Positions 62,206-64,000 of a stretch of DNA of 64,000 nucleotides are shown here, one piece after another. The DNA lies in contig CM097885.1 in the NCBI GenBank assembly GCA_044892525.1, forward strand, positions 122,078,001 to 122,142,000. The letters run 5' to 3'. The position numbers and the translations under genes were made by a program. Source of the DNA: Schmidtea polychroa (Eukaryota). Numbering within the stretch: the stretch's first letter is position 1; each line of letters opens with the position of its first letter. Below the pieces are notes generated by a model. It saw only the letters and a program-made list of their open reading frames with translations. It was not told the origin of the DNA and made no database searches.

Positions 62206-63641
62206 TTAGATGCAGGTATAATTAGACCAAGTTCACCACCATGGAATTTTCCTATAGTGGTGGTAAAAAAGTAAAATGGGGATATAAGAATGTGTGTCGA
62301 TTATCGAGCACTTAATGCTAAGATTGATAAGCCGATTTTTCAATACCAGTTGCAGAGGAGTTATTTGGTACCATTGGTGGAGCCAGATTTATTTAGTGGG
62401 TATTATCAAGTACCTGTTAACGAAAAGGAAATACAAAAAACGGCTTTTAGTACAAAGTATGTGCAATTTGGGTTCACAAGAATGCCTTTTGGACTTTGTT
62501 CGGCTCTTGCTACATTTTAAAAACTCATGAACATGATTATAAAGGAAGGAAAATTGGATTAATTGCGTGGTGTATCTGGATGACGTGTTGATTTTTGGAA
62601 GAACAGTAGAAGAACATCATGAGCAACTTGAAAAGGTGTTAGGTCGCATCAGAGAATCTAGACTTAAATTATCGCCATATAAGTGTGTATTTTTAAAGAC
62701 AGAGGTTAGGCATCTAGGGCATATCATAAATAAAGAAAGTGTTAAAACAGATCCAGAGAAAATCAAGCAGCACGTAAAAAAGAGTTGCAGTCGTTCTTGG
62801 GATTTTGCAATTACTACAGACGTTTTATTAAAAATTATGCAGACTTCAGAGAAATTGAGTGCGATACTAAAAAATGAAAGCAATTTCCAGTGGAATGAGT
62901 GCAGAAAAGCAGCATTCTATGAGCAAAAGCGTTTATATTCCTCTCCACCATTGTTGGCATTACCAAGCAAGAAAGATCAATATATTTTAGACACTGATGA
63001 ATCACATAATAGCATAGGAACTGTCTTGTCACAAATACAAGAAGGCGAGGAAAGAGTACTATGTTATGCGTCAAAAACTATTATCTACTAAAGCATTATC
63101 AACTCAGATCCAAATTTATAGTAAGGACTGATCACCAGGCACTGAAGTGGCTTTTGAAATCGGATAGCCCAAATACATCTCAATATTGTGTTTAGAGAGC
63201 TGAATTGGAAATTTTCGACATGGTGGTCGAATATAGGAAAGGTAGTGGGCATGTTAATGCTGATATCGATAACAATGTATGATCACCCATAGTGACCCTA
63301 TGAAACGGAATAGTGTCAAAGTATACAAGGATGAAGAGGTTGAGCAAAATGACCATGAACCTGAAAGGCCAATGACTCAAATAGTCATGGAAGAGGATGA
63401 TTGGGGGCAAGAAGAGGATGCAGATATTCGATTTATTATTAAATTGATGGAATGAGGTGATTATTTAACTGAAGAAAATCCAATAAGAAGAAACTTCAAT
63501 CAAATTAAAGTAACCAAGGACATAGGTAAGAAATTCGAGCTGGAGAGCATTACAAAGAAAACAAATACTTGGTCAAGAAAATCGAGCGTTAAAACAAAAG
63601 AAAGAAAAATTTATCCAAAAATAAAGACAAAATGTTGTATA

Positions 63642-63935
63642 ATGAGTTGTAAGAAACTTATCAAATTGGAGAATTAACAATATAATATCAAAGATATTCA
63701 AATTCAAAGTCTTACTGTGGCTACCTAGGTTTGACAATCTATTAATTTGAATAATTTAGCAAAGTTAAAAGATAGAGATTGTACACATGAACCTGAATTA
63801 TTCCCTACTCTGCGTTATACAAAATATAACCCACTGTGTGTAAATATTTTTTCGAGTGGTAAAATAGTTTTACTAGGTATTAAAAATTTAGAATTTCATA
63901 CTATTATTGAATGAATTATAAACTATATGAAGGAT
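63642..63935 (+). pseudogene. Divergent TATA-box-binding-protein-fold fragment (one repeat), intronless, with stops
   Basis: IQIQSLTVAT*V*QSINLNNLA..CTHEPELFPTLRYTKYNPLCVNIFSSGKIVLLGIK, compared with canonical YEPELFPGLIYRM..LIFVSGKVVLTGAK. Confidence 0.75.
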
Positions 63936-64000
63936 TCAATTGGATCTTTAACAATTTCTACAACTATAAGTAGCGAGGATTGCTTGAATATTTATTTAAC

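Larger units (their letters stand above)
59065..63600 (+). mobile_element. Degenerate Gypsy pol (third family), split by two insertions
   Basis: Protease-like 59065-59260; KHYIDTGNAKPI..RRVP..EEVD; LDAGIIRPSS.PW..IRMCVDYRALN; VYLDDVLIFG; LDTDES..IGTVLSQ; EYRKGSGHVNAD. Confidence 0.88.

Overview
AT-rich eukaryotic scaffold with one N gap. The short 40-60 nt GT-AG introns and the transposon repertoire suggest an invertebrate, possibly a planarian flatworm (inference). Two host genes are supportable: PHF10 (5 exons, 32662-39768) and a MYBBP1A/Pol5-like gene (from 45531 or earlier to 48859). The rest is nested mobile DNA: several Gypsy-type LTR elements and solo LTRs, hATs, piggyBacs (one intact ORF), a Helitron end, an R2/NeSL-type RLE retrotransposon, a Polinton-like relic, a RING-E3 gene copy inside a gag gene and a divergent TBP-fold pseudogene. 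The top lead is a compact 3.5-kb LTR retrotransposon with 90-bp LTRs. Its primer-binding site is the exact complement of nucleotides 1-12 (the 5' end) of tRNA-Lys(UUU), not of a tRNA 3' end. Other leads: an LTR family with a conserved 36-bp palindrome and a covarying hairpin, an unclassified coding repeat family, an RLE insertion ending in sense-strand poly(T), and a piggyBac trapped by a 293-bp flank duplication. All alignments and counts were done by eye; no searches were run.
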